Position numbers and translations under genes: made by a program
In this document: positions 29,123 through 38,431 of the stretch, piece after piece
How the letters are laid out: each line of letters begins with the position of its first letter
Position numbering within the stretch: the stretch's first letter is position 1
The notes under the pieces: model-generated
What the model was told of the DNA's origin: nothing
Seen by the model: the letters and a program-made list of their open reading frames with translations, nothing else
Databases searched by the model: none
NCBI GenBank assembly: GCA_041389085.1
Contig: JAWKSL010000001.1
Coordinates: forward strand, 102,765-166,764
Direction of reading: 5' to 3'
DNA: 64,000 nucleotides
From: Minisyncoccota bacterium
Lineage (GTDB): Bacteria > Patescibacteriota > Minisyncoccia > UBA6257 > 1-14-0-10-44-23

Positions 29123-29557
29123 ATGAAAAAAACAAGTGTTCTTATATTAATCATCCTCGCTCTCCTCATCGGCTTTATGGTGTGGCGATTTATTAATATT
29201 TCGAAAAAGGACGCCATTGTTGTAATTGGAGAAGGAAGCGTTGAAGTAGTAGACCAGAAGCCAGGGCAGCTTGGTACCACAATAAAGGAAGTGCGCTTGG
29301 CGCAAAACGGGTTTGTAGTAATAAAGGGAGTAGTAAACGGCAATGCTGGAGTTACTGTAGGAGTAAGCAAACTTCTTCGCGCTGGAGTACACAAAAATGT
29401 GCAAGTACTCATGGAGCTTGTACCGGGGCAGGAGTACGCCGTATTTCTCTATGCGGACAACGGAAACGGAGTCTTTGATGACTTAGACGATGTGCTCATA
29501 GAAGAAAGCGAAGCTCACTTCTTCGTAGATGAAGATGAGGCCTTCTTTGGAAAATAA
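29123..29557 (+). CDS. Membrane-anchored hypothetical protein with EF-hand-like DNGNG motif
   Basis: N-terminal TM, VVDQKPG, GFVVI, ADNGNGVFD. Confidence 0.8.
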   Translation: MKKTSVLILIILALLIGFMVWRFINISKKDAIVVIGEGSVEVVDQKPGQLGTTIKEVRLAQNGFVVIKGVVNGNAGVTVGVSKLLRAGVHKNVQVLMELVPGQEYAVFLYADNGNGVFDDLDDVLIEESEAHFFVDEDEAFFGK

Positions 29558-29561
29558 ACCT

Positions 29562-29585
29562 AAAACCCGCGAAAGCGGGTTTTTT
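29562..29585. terminator. Bidirectional terminator between convergent genes
   Basis: AAAACCCGC-GAAA-GCGGGTTTTTT. Confidence 0.85.
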
Positions 29586-30852
29586 ATTTTCTTCGTATAA
29601 ACTTTGTGCGCTGTCTTCGCCCGAAGTTTATTGAAAACCGGTGTGCCTCGTCGCGCACTTGCTGGAAGACTTTTTTAGAACCAACTAAAAGCTCTTTGCC
29701 TACTTTTTTTGTATTTAAAATAACCAGCTTGTCGTTTTTCGCACTACTTTGACTGTGCATACCTGCTTTTGATAGGCCGACTACTGGAGGACGCATATTG
29801 TTTATAGCTAAAATGTCGCGCACTGCTTTTACTTGCGCGAGCCCACCGTCTACAAACACTATATCTGGCATAGCCCACTCGGCGTGCTTTATTCTTCGCT
29901 CGACTACTTCCTTGAGCATGTCTGTGTCGCTCTGAGTTTTTTCTCCTCTTATCTTGAAAATTCTATACTCTGCTTTGTTTGGCTCGTTGTCTTCAAACAC
30001 AACCATTGCGCCTACTGGTTCCTTACCGGCTAAATGACTTATATCGTAGCCTTCGATTCTTAGCGAAGAAAGTTCGTTTGATTTTTGCAGGAGTTTTGAA
30101 GACTTTTGCAAAAGCGCTATGTCGCGCACGTGGTCGAGGGCGCGAATAGCTTCGTTGCTCTTTTCCTTTTTGAGTGCTGAAAGGAGGCGCTTCTTTTCCC
30201 CTTTGAAGAAAAAAATAAGGTTTGAAATGTTTTTCTTATACTCTTTGCTACTCACCTGCCCCGTGCAGACACCCGGGCAAAGGCCTATTTGAAAATGGAA
30301 ACATGGGCGCTTTGAATTTGGTGTACATGTTGAGTATGGAAAGATCGGGCGCAAAAGCTCGAGGGCTGTTTTTAGAATTCGATAGCTTTGATATGGGCCA
30401 AATACATATACTCCCGCGCGCGGGCGACTTGTCCCCTGCGACATATATTTTGCTAAATCTTTTCCGCGCACTACAAGCAGCTTTGGAAAGTCTTTCTTCG
30501 TATCGATAACGAGGTAGATAAAAGACTTGTCGTCTTTTTCTTTTACGTTGTACTTTGGCCAATACTTTTTAATCAAGTTTGCTTCAAGTACCACTGCTTC
30601 AAGCAAAGTTTTTGTTTGCTCCCAATCAAGACTCACTGCCGTTTCTACCATCTCTGCTATACGGCTATCTTTCGTATTGAAGTAGTTTTGTAGTCTATTT
30701 TTTAACGAGCCTGCGCGGCCGATATAAAGAATATCGTTATTCGTGCGCCCCCGCCCAAGGCGGGTCCGCCTCTGGCGGAAAAAGTACACCCCTGGCTTAT
30801 TTGGGGCTTTCTTTGCTTTATTTCTAAGCTTGTCGCGTTTAGATTTCGGCAT
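29584..30852 (-). CDS. uvrC: Excinuclease ABC subunit C (short form)
   Basis: PGVY..LYIGRA GIY-YIG domain, LEANLIKK..PKYN, Cys cluster, RIEGYDISH, VDGG, RDEAHRF; start at ATG 30852. Confidence 0.9.
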   Translation of the reverse strand: MPKSKRDKLRNKAKKAPNKPGVYFFRQRRTRLGRGRTNNDILYIGRAGSLKNRLQNYFNTKDSRIAEMVETAVSLDWEQTKTLLEAVVLEANLIKKYWPKYNVKEKDDKSFIYLVIDTKKDFPKLLVVRGKDLAKYMSQGTSRPRAGVYVFGPYQSYRILKTALELLRPIFPYSTCTPNSKRPCFHFQIGLCPGVCTGQVSSKEYKKNISNLIFFFKGEKKRLLSALKKEKSNEAIRALDHVRDIALLQKSSKLLQKSNELSSLRIEGYDISHLAGKEPVGAMVVFEDNEPNKAEYRIFKIRGEKTQSDTDMLKEVVERRIKHAEWAMPDIVFVDGGLAQVKAVRDILAINNMRPPVVGLSKAGMHSQSSAKNDKLVILNTKKVGKELLVGSKKVFQQVRDEAHRFSINFGRRQRTKFIRRK

Positions 30853-30910
30853 AGTTGCTTTGGTTAGTATAAGCTTGAGCCCTCGCAATAGTCTACTGCG
30901 AGGGCTCGTA

Positions 30911-31144
30911 CTAGAAGCGAAGGCCTCCTTCCTGCCACCACCCTTTCGGCCATCGTAGCCTCTGAAAGGGCGGGTTGAAACGCGGAGGCATGTACTGGTT
31001 GCGCGGGCGCTTGCGAAGGCGCTCTTCCTCTGCCTCCTCAAAGGCCTTGAGCTCTTCGGGCGTGGGCGGGCGAAACTCGATCTTGCCGCCCGCTGCCCGG
31101 TGAAGCCTTGCGAGAATGTTGTCTTCTGGCGCTTGCTCTACCAT
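30911..31144 (-). CDS. GC-rich orphan (cassette-type)
   Basis: SD GAAAGGAG; hairpin at about 30877-30907. Confidence 0.65.
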   Translation of the reverse strand: MVEQAPEDNILARLHRAAGGKIEFRPPTPEELKAFEEAEEERLRKRPRNQYMPPRFNPPFQRLRWPKGWWQEGGLRF

Positions 31145-31226
31145 GAAGGTCTCCTTTCACTTTTATTTTACCCCAAACTGAAGCGGCCACCCTGCGTAAT
31201 GCTGAGTGGCCGCTGCGTTGGTTGGG

Positions 31227-31766
31227 CTAGGCTTCCTCTCGGAAGAACCTGCCCTGCCCTGCGTCCTCGATGATCTTCTCTTGGACGCAGGCCTTGTGGA
31301 GCTCCTTGAACTTGGTTCGGAACTCTTCTGGGTCGATAAGCGCTTCAACTTCGAGGTCTGTGGTGGGGATTTCGCCCTTCTCACACCTCTCTGCCCGATC
31401 CAGCGCCCGTGCGAGCTCTCGCAGACGCTTATGTGCACGTCGGCGCAGCTCATCTCTTCCCAGCTCGAGCCCTTCCTCATCCACGCTGAGCTCATCTAGG
31501 ATCCGCCTCAGGCTGCGCTCGCGGTTTTGCAGAGTCGACAGCACCCACACAGATACTGCGAAAAGTGCCACTCCGATGAAGACTAGAGGGCTTAGCTCTG
31601 GCATGGGCGCTGCGAGCTTGGCTTCCCTGGGGAGATCACGATACGCATCATGCTGTATCGCATAGTAGATCACTCCGCCAAAAGATCCTACCATCCCGAG
31701 AACTAGCCCGAGGATTGAGCAGTTGATGGCTACATTGAGAGCCCGGTACTTTTGAATGATCTTCAC
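31227..31766 (-). CDS. GC-rich orphan two-TM protein (cassette-type)
   Basis: TTGACA-N18-TATAAT at 31891-31920, two hydrophobic segments, hairpin 31182-31214. Confidence 0.7.
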   Translation of the reverse strand: MKIIQKYRALNVAINCSILGLVLGMVGSFGGVIYYAIQHDAYRDLPREAKLAAPMPELSPLVFIGVALFAVSVWVLSTLQNRERSLRRILDELSVDEEGLELGRDELRRRAHKRLRELARALDRAERCEKGEIPTTDLEVEALIDPEEFRTKFKELHKACVQEKIIEDAGQGRFFREEA

Positions 31767-31931
31767 TTGAAACCTTTCCGACCTTCGCGCAATGGAGGTT
31801 TCATCACCTCACTCCTGCAAGGATTCGCGCCCCTGCAACAGCACTTCATTGCCACGCATTGGCGGTCGTTTTGCCAATTTCGCTTCTATTATTATACCAC
31901 TAAATAGCCCCTTTTGTCAAGTGGCTATTTT

Positions 31932-34502
31932 TTAGAGATAGTCTTTGAGGAAGCGGCCGGTGTGGCTCTTTGGGTGCTTGGCTATTTGCTCTGGAGTGCC
32001 TTCGGCTACTATTTTCCCTCCTCCAGCTCCTCCTTCTGGGCCCATGTCTATGATCCAATCTGCGAGCTTGATAACGTGCATGTTGTGCTCGATGAGCACT
32101 ACGGTGTTCCCCTTCTCTACAAGCTTGTTGAGCACGGTCATTAGCATCTTTATATCTTCATAGTGAAGTCCTGTTGTTGGCTCGTCGAGAATGAAAAGAT
32201 TTTTCCTTGCGAGTGGGCGGGCGAGCTCCTTACTGAGCTTTATTCTTTGTGCTTCTCCTCCTGAGAGCGTTGTTGCGCTTTGGCCAAGCTTAATGTAGCC
32301 AAGACCTACGTCTTTAAGAACCTTCAACTTGTCTGCTATGTGGTAAATGTCTTGGAAAATTTCGTAGGCGTCTTCTACTGTCATGTTGAGCACATCAGCG
32401 ATACTCTTGCCTTTGTACTCTACTTCGAGGGTTTCTCTGTTGAAGCGCTGGCCCATACAAACTTCGCAGCTTACATACACGTCTGGAAGGAAGTGCATTT
32501 CGATAACCTTAACTCCGGCTCCTTCGCAGGCTTCGCAGCGTCCGCCTTTTACGTTGAAACTAAAGCGCCCACTTCCGTACCCTCTCTCCTTTGCTTCTGG
32601 GAGCATTGAAAAAAGATCGCGAATTGGGCTAAACACACCTGTGTAGGTTGCTGGGTTTGAGCGCGGGGTTTTACCGATTGGTTTTTGGTCAATTTCGATA
32701 ACTTTTTTTATAAATTCGGTACCGAGTACTTTTGATACGTTTTCGAGGTTGTTGTTAAATCCGCCAAGCTTCTTTTGTATGTTTTTATAGAAGATATCGT
32801 CTATCAGCGTACTCTTCCCGCTTCCTGAAACTCCGGTAATACATACAAGCCTACTGAGCGGCACGGTAACATCGAGATTTTTAATATTGTTTTTTGTAGC
32901 ACCAACAAGCTTTATGTTTGCCTTGTCTTTGTTTCTTCGAGTTTTTGGAACTTCTATTTCTTCTTTTCCGGTTAAGTAGTTTAGGGTTAAGCTTCTCGAT
33001 GCACTCGAAGCTGCGCTGCCTTTGCCACCTTTTTTCTCTTTCTGTTTCGAGCCTGTCGAAAAACTTGCCAAAAGCTCTTTTGTTGGCCCGTGTACTACAA
33101 CGTTTCCTCCGTGCACCCCTGGGCCAGGACCTATTTCTACAAAATGATCGCTTTCTTTTAGTACGCGCTCGTCGTGCTCTACGACAAGTACGGTGTTTCC
33201 AAGATTTTTTAGATCTTTAAGAATTTTAATGAGGCGCTCGTTGTCGCGCTCATGGAGCCCTATGGTTGGCTCATCGAGCACATAGAGCGTACCGCTGAGC
33301 TTTGAACCTATCTGGCTTGCAAGACGAATACGCTGAGCCTCTCCTCCTGAAAGAGTTCCGCTCTCGCGGTTGAGAGTAAGGTAGTCGAGCCCTACCTGAA
33401 GAAGGAAGTCGAGCCTATCTACTATTTCCTTTAGTGCGTTTACTGCTATCTTCTTTTCGTTTTCAGTAAGGTGCTTTGGAAGCTCGGCAAAAAATTCGTA
33501 GGCCTTGTCGATGGTAAGCGCGGTAGCCTCTGAAATGTTTTTGTCGAGAATTTTTATTGAGAGCGGCTCTATCTTTAGTCTGTTTCCTTTACATACTTCA
33601 CAGACTGATTCTTGAATAAACGGGTTTCGCCCAATACCATGGCACTCTTCACACGCTCCGTATGGACTGTTGAATGAAAAAAGGCGCGGAGTTATTTCTG
33701 GGAAAGAAAATCCTGTCTTTGGATCGGTAAAGCTTGCGGAAAGGACTATGCTGTCTTCCTCTACTGCAGCTCCTGGGTCTTCGCCAAATACGACGCTTAC
33801 TAGCCCCTGGCCTTCGTAAAGCGCTGTTTCTACCGCTTCAAACAGGCGCTGCTGATCGTTTGGCATAAGCTTGTCTACTACTATGTCTATGTCGTGCATG
33901 CCGTAGCGCTTAAGCTCTACCTTTTCGTGTAGGCTCTGCCACTTTCCATCGATGCGTGCTTCTGAAAACCCTTTTGCAAAATAGTTTTGTAAAAGCTGGA
34001 AGTACTCTCCTTTTCTTCCGCGAACTACGGGAGCTAAAATTGTAACCACCTTTGCCTTACGCTTTTTTGCTTGGGTAATGACGGCGTCTACCATTTCTTC
34101 CGGACTGAGCTTTTGAATTTTCTCCCCTGTTTCTGGATGGTAAGGAACTCCAATACGCGCGTAAAGTACGCGCATGTAGTCATAAATTTCCGTTAGCGTT
34201 GCAACGGTAGAGCGCGGGTTTGCGCTGTGAGCTTTTTGATCTATGGCTATGGCTGGTGAAAGCCCTGTTATTTCGTCTACATCTGGCTTTTCCATTTGCC
34301 CGAGAAACTGGCGCGCGTATGGAGAAAGACTTTCTACATAGCGGCGCTGACCCTCAGCAAAGATAGTATCGAATGCTAAAGAGCTCTTCCCGCTTCCAGA
34401 AAGACCAGAAAATACGATCATTTCATTTCTTGGCAACTCAAGATCGATATTTTTTAAGTTGTGTACGCGAGCTCCGCGAATCGTTATCTTTTTTGCATCC
34501 AT
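31932..34502 (-). CDS. uvrA: Excinuclease ABC subunit A
   Basis: GARVHNLKN, GLSGSGKSS, EGQRRYVESLS, two LSGGEAQR signatures, FSFNVKGGRCEAC; start at ATG 34502. Confidence 0.97.
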   Translation of the reverse strand: MDAKKITIRGARVHNLKNIDLELPRNEMIVFSGLSGSGKSSLAFDTIFAEGQRRYVESLSPYARQFLGQMEKPDVDEITGLSPAIAIDQKAHSANPRSTVATLTEIYDYMRVLYARIGVPYHPETGEKIQKLSPEEMVDAVITQAKKRKAKVVTILAPVVRGRKGEYFQLLQNYFAKGFSEARIDGKWQSLHEKVELKRYGMHDIDIVVDKLMPNDQQRLFEAVETALYEGQGLVSVVFGEDPGAAVEEDSIVLSASFTDPKTGFSFPEITPRLFSFNSPYGACEECHGIGRNPFIQESVCEVCKGNRLKIEPLSIKILDKNISEATALTIDKAYEFFAELPKHLTENEKKIAVNALKEIVDRLDFLLQVGLDYLTLNRESGTLSGGEAQRIRLASQIGSKLSGTLYVLDEPTIGLHERDNERLIKILKDLKNLGNTVLVVEHDERVLKESDHFVEIGPGPGVHGGNVVVHGPTKELLASFSTGSKQKEKKGGKGSAASSASRSLTLNYLTGKEEIEVPKTRRNKDKANIKLVGATKNNIKNLDVTVPLSRLVCITGVSGSGKSTLIDDIFYKNIQKKLGGFNNNLENVSKVLGTEFIKKVIEIDQKPIGKTPRSNPATYTGVFSPIRDLFSMLPEAKERGYGSGRFSFNVKGGRCEACEGAGVKVIEMHFLPDVYVSCEVCMGQRFNRETLEVEYKGKSIADVLNMTVEDAYEIFQDIYHIADKLKVLKDVGLGYIKLGQSATTLSGGEAQRIKLSKELARPLARKNLFILDEPTTGLHYEDIKMLMTVLNKLVEKGNTVVLIEHNMHVIKLADWIIDMGPEGGAGGGKIVAEGTPEQIAKHPKSHTGRFLKDYL

Positions 34503-34504
34503 AA

Positions 34505-35215
34505 TTATTCGGCTTTTTTTAACATAACCATTTCGGCATTTATTCTCTGCCCCACTCTTGGTGAGGTCCATGCTCCCTGCATAACATCTTCTACAACGCT
34601 CCAGCCCTTTGGTAGATTTAGCTCCTTTAAAGCTCCAACATGGCTTTCTAGTGGTATATCTCCCACAACTTGGCGTACTGTTTCTGAAAATTCTTTTGTA
34701 ATTTCTTCAAAGCTTAAGGTAGCTGTCTTTTTTGCTTTCGCTAAAATAGACAAGATAACTTTTTCTATATCTTCTTTTGACACATAGTATAGAGCACTTA
34801 GAGATACAATATGATCGTAGCTTCCCTCTTGCTCTACTGCCTCTTCTATCCTGCCAAGAATCACCTTTTCATATCCCGCCTTAATTGCCTGCTGTGCCAT
34901 GCCTGGCGAAATATCTACTCCAGTTAGCTCAAAATTTGCCCCTTCAATTTTTTGAAGTGCATTTCCTACGACGCCTGGACCGCACCCAAGATCGAGCACT
35001 GTTCCACTTTTTACATCGTGATTTTGAAAGAAACGCAGCATAGTTTCGGGAAGAGCATAGTTTATCTTTTCTCCGTATGCATCTGCTTCATAACTTTCCG
35101 CCTCGGCGTCATACATAGCCGCAAACTTTTCTATCGGTTTCCCTTCGAGGCCATCTATGGCCTCTATCTTTCCTTCTTCGACGAGGCGTTCAAATTCTGA
35201 TTTATATTGCTCCAT
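34505..35215 (-). CDS. Class I SAM-dependent methyltransferase
   Basis: VLDLGCGPG, GVDISPGM, YDHIV. Confidence 0.9.
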   Translation of the reverse strand: MEQYKSEFERLVEEGKIEAIDGLEGKPIEKFAAMYDAEAESYEADAYGEKINYALPETMLRFFQNHDVKSGTVLDLGCGPGVVGNALQKIEGANFELTGVDISPGMAQQAIKAGYEKVILGRIEEAVEQEGSYDHIVSLSALYYVSKEDIEKVILSILAKAKKTATLSFEEITKEFSETVRQVVGDIPLESHVGALKELNLPKGWSVVEDVMQGAWTSPRVGQRINAEMVMLKKAE

Positions 35216-35284
35216 AGTATTGCGCCCCCATTTAACTCTATGGGGGTGATATGTGTAAACCTAGTATATACAAACTGGCTTTTT

Positions 35285-35805
35285 TGAAAAGTTTCAACCC
35301 CGCGGCGCATGATGCGACGCGGGGTCTACTGGTGAGAGCTATGCATTTGCATTCTCTGCAAGCCAGGCGATGGCTCTGAGCTCCCTCTCTTCTCCTGGCC
35401 GCTGCTCTATATCCGCACCGACCCTCTTGCCGGAGAATTTGATGGGCCCCTTATCCCTTACGACCATGAGCATCATGATCTTGCCATTCCTGTGCCACTC
35501 GACATCGATCTGCTCACCGCGAGCTACTTCGGCATAGGTTGGCAAGGGAAAGCCGGGATACCTCTTCGCTGCCTTTCTAAGGTAGCGAATGAGCCTTCTC
35601 TGCGCCCTTTTGACAGCCTTGAGCTTCAGCTCTAAGGGCTCGCCCTCTGAGTCGAGAAGGTACGCTTCTGGAATGAGGCGGCGCCTCAATCTCCGAATGA
35701 ATGCTTCTACTCTTTGCACGACTAACTCCTTTTTTTCTTTCTGCATTCATTTTTATGTATTGAATGAAAAGTTTCAACCCCGCGGCGCATGGTGCGACGC
35801 GGGGT
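35285..35805 (-). repeat. Two-copy 41-bp hairpin repeat (35285-35325, 35765-35805)
   Basis: TGAAAAGTTTCAACCCCGCGGCGCATG(A/G)TGCGACGCGGGGT, one mismatch; each copy lies just downstream of an orphan gene. Confidence 0.95.
35339..35719 (-). CDS. Orphan protein between the two repeats
   Basis: SD AAAGGAG before GTG 35719 (ATG 35746 is an alternative start). Confidence 0.7.
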   Translation of the reverse strand: MQRVEAFIRRLRRRLIPEAYLLDSEGEPLELKLKAVKRAQRRLIRYLRKAAKRYPGFPLPTYAEVARGEQIDVEWHRNGKIMMLMVVRDKGPIKFSGKRVGADIEQRPGEERELRAIAWLAENANA

Positions 35806-35815
35806 TGCGTTGAAG

Positions 35816-36079
35816 CTAGGCATCTACGCCTGCTCTGCGAAGGAACCTGCCGGCGCAGTCGCGAACCTCTCGCGAAAACTTCCTGCGCCTCTCCATCTCT
35901 GGAGCGACTAGGACCACCATGGCCTGGCCGACCTGCTTGGCTGTGCCAGTAAGGTCGCCAAGAAGCTTCTGAATCGACTCCTCGGCTCCCTTGCCCTTCG
36001 GGTCTCTGAGGTCGCACCCGATCATGTTGAGGATGCACGCTTCGTTGAGCGTTGCTCGAAAGACTACTTCCTTGGGCAT
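35816..36079 (-). CDS. GC-rich orphan, paralog of 36064..36516
   Basis: SD AAAGGAGG; RATLNEACIL / ESIQKLLGDLTG / MVVLVA / FSRE..A..FLRRAGV. Confidence 0.7.
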   Translation of the reverse strand: MPKEVVFRATLNEACILNMIGCDLRDPKGKGAEESIQKLLGDLTGTAKQVGQAMVVLVAPEMERRRKFSREVRDCAGRFLRRAGVDA

Positions 36080-36516
36080 GTTCGCCTCCTTTGGGTGCTG
36101 TTTTCCAGAAATACTTCTAGTTGCCTAGCAAGCATCTCTGGAGTGGTCGTGTGAGTTACTACTCTACTGTCTTCCGACGTGCAGACGCCAAGGATCTCCT
36201 TGGCAGCTCTCAGGCTCTCCGGCTTGGGGTACCCGGTACGGTCGATGTAGCCACTGTCAATTGGCTTCTTCACTTGCGCCTCCTTCTTGTAGCGCACACT
36301 AGCCCTATCCAAGATCTCCCTTGCACTTTTCAGCGTTTTTTCTGAGAACGCCTCCTTTTTCTTCCTGGCTACGAGTGCCTCCATGCACCGAGCGATATCG
36401 ACTGAGGGGCCGCTGAGTTTGCCGACAAAGCGATCTACGCTCTCTGTATCACCCCTTCCTAAGGCGACTGCGATGACCATGAGAAAATTGGCTTGATCGA
36501 TGGTGACCCGTGACAT
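36064..36516 (-). CDS. GC-rich orphan, paralog of 35816..36079
   Basis: SD AAGGAGGT; TTGACT-N18-TAAGCT whose -35 box overlaps the last uvrB codons. Confidence 0.7.
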   Translation of the reverse strand: MSRVTIDQANFLMVIAVALGRGDTESVDRFVGKLSGPSVDIARCMEALVARKKKEAFSEKTLKSAREILDRASVRYKKEAQVKKPIDSGYIDRTGYPKPESLRAAKEILGVCTSEDSRVVTHTTTPEMLARQLEVFLENSTQRRRTCPRK

Positions 36517-36561
36517 CTACACCTCCTTGGTCTACTCCTAGCTTAGAGCGAGTTAAAAGGC

Positions 36562-38397
36562 TTAGTCAAATTCTCGTATTTCTTTTTTGATTGTCTTTGG
36601 CGTGATGCCGTGTTTTTTGTTGTACTCAAGCTGTATTTTTCTGCGACGCTCACTTTCTTTTATCGCAGCGTTCATAGACTTGGTTTTACTATCGGCATAC
36701 AAAATAACACGGCCGTTTGCGTTTCGAGCAGCGCGGCCCATGGTTTGGATAAGGCTTGTTTCGTTTCTTAAAAATCCTTCTCTATCTGCATCGAGTATGG
36801 CAACTAAACTCACCTCTGGAAGGTCGAGCCCTTCTCTGAGAAGGTTTATGCCTACGAGAATGTCGAATTCCTGCTTTCGGAAATCTGAAAGTATCTTAGT
36901 GCGCTCAAAAGTATCGTTGTCGCCGTGCATGTAGCGCGACTTGAAGCCTTGCTCCTTCAGGAAAGTGTCGAGCTCCTCTGCCATCTTTTTTGTAAGAGTA
37001 AGAATAAGGGTGCGCTCGTTTTTCTTTGCAGTTTCTATAGCCTCCTGCATAACGTCGTCTACCTGGCTTCTATTCTTCTCTTTATCAAACACTGGGCGAA
37101 TTTCTATCGGTGGATCTACGAGCCCGGTTGGGCGAACGATTTGCTCCACTACGTTTTCTGAATGCTCTTTTTCATAGTCGCCTGGCGTTGCACTGGTATA
37201 TACAACTTGGCCTACGCGCTCTTCAAACTCTTTAAAGTTGAGCGGCCTGTTATCAAGAGCACTTGGAAGACGCCACCCGTGCTCCACGAGGGTTTCTTTT
37301 CGACTTCTGTCGCCGGCAAACATTCCTCGCACCTGCGGAACGCTAATGTGGCTTTCGTCGATGATGGTCAGAAAATCTGGCGTTCCATCTTCTTTGTGTG
37401 GGAAATAGCCGAGAAGTGTATCTGGAGCATCGCCTGGGAGCTTTCCGGTAAGGTGGCGACTGTAGTTTTCTATCCCGTGGCAAAAGCCGAGGGTTTGGAG
37501 CATCTCCATATCGTACTTCGTGCGACGCGCGAGTCTTTCACCTTCAAGCAGAAGCCCTTTCTTCTTTAGATACACGAGCCGCTCTTTAAGCTCCTCTTTT
37601 ATATCTTTAATAGCCCTCTCGCGGTCTGGCAGACTGGTAACAAAGTGCTTTGGTGGGAAGATAAGTATTTCAGTAAGGTCTTCTTTTATATTTCTGGTTA
37701 CTGCCTCTGTTATCGCTATTGAAAGAACCTCCTGGTCTTTGAGCTCTATACGGTATACGAGCTCCTCGCTGGCAAACTGTATTTCAAACACATCGCCTCT
37801 AAGGCGGAAGTTTCCTCTCTTGAGCGCTGTCTGGTTTCTCTCAAACCCGATCTTTACCAAGTTTTTCATCAAATCTTGCCTGGTGATTTTCTGCCCTACC
37901 TCGAGTTTTATAACTGAGTCGAAATAGTTTTCTGGCAAACCAAGGTTGTAGATACAGGAAACACTAGCTACGACGATAACGTCGCTTCTCGTTAAAAGTG
38001 AACTGGTAGCAAGGTGACGAAACTTGTCTATTTCTTCGTTTATCATCGCCTCTTTCTCAATGTAGGTGTCTGTCGTAGGTAAATATGCTTCCGGCTGGTA
38101 GTAGTCGTAGTATGAAACGAAGTAGCAAACACGGTTTTTTGGGAAGAAGCTTTTGTACTCCTGATAAAGCTGGGCTGCAAGTGTTTTGTTTGGCGCTATC
38201 ACCAGCGTTGGTTTTTGTATTTTCTGAATAACGTTTGCAACGGTAAAAGTTTTTCCGCTTCCGGTAACTCCGAGCAACGTTTGATGGCGCTGCCCTTTTT
38301 CTATACCTTCAATTAGCCCTTTGATAGCTTTGGGTTGATCTCCCGCCGGAGCGAAGTCTGAGCTTAGTTCGAATTTTATATTCTTTCTATTTGGCAT
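36562..38397 (-). CDS. uvrB: Excinuclease ABC subunit B (lacks C-terminal UVR domain)
   Basis: PAGDQP, LGVTGSGKT, FVSYYDYYQPEAY, DESH, RLPSALDNRPL, GINLLREGLDLPEV, GRAARN; start at ATG 38397. Confidence 0.97.
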   Translation of the reverse strand: MPNRKNIKFELSSDFAPAGDQPKAIKGLIEGIEKGQRHQTLLGVTGSGKTFTVANVIQKIQKPTLVIAPNKTLAAQLYQEYKSFFPKNRVCYFVSYYDYYQPEAYLPTTDTYIEKEAMINEEIDKFRHLATSSLLTRSDVIVVASVSCIYNLGLPENYFDSVIKLEVGQKITRQDLMKNLVKIGFERNQTALKRGNFRLRGDVFEIQFASEELVYRIELKDQEVLSIAITEAVTRNIKEDLTEILIFPPKHFVTSLPDRERAIKDIKEELKERLVYLKKKGLLLEGERLARRTKYDMEMLQTLGFCHGIENYSRHLTGKLPGDAPDTLLGYFPHKEDGTPDFLTIIDESHISVPQVRGMFAGDRSRKETLVEHGWRLPSALDNRPLNFKEFEERVGQVVYTSATPGDYEKEHSENVVEQIVRPTGLVDPPIEIRPVFDKEKNRSQVDDVMQEAIETAKKNERTLILTLTKKMAEELDTFLKEQGFKSRYMHGDNDTFERTKILSDFRKQEFDILVGINLLREGLDLPEVSLVAILDADREGFLRNETSLIQTMGRAARNANGRVILYADSKTKSMNAAIKESERRRKIQLEYNKKHGITPKTIKKEIREFD

Positions 38398-38431
38398 AGT
38401 GCTTTTTGAAGGCTTTTTGCTGTAGTAGAAG

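Noticed and set aside
35765-35815. Canonical integron attC site (CTTCAAC...GTTGAAA)
   Set aside because: Shorter than typical attC sites, the sister copy lacks the AAC box, and no integrase is present; kept only as an analogy.
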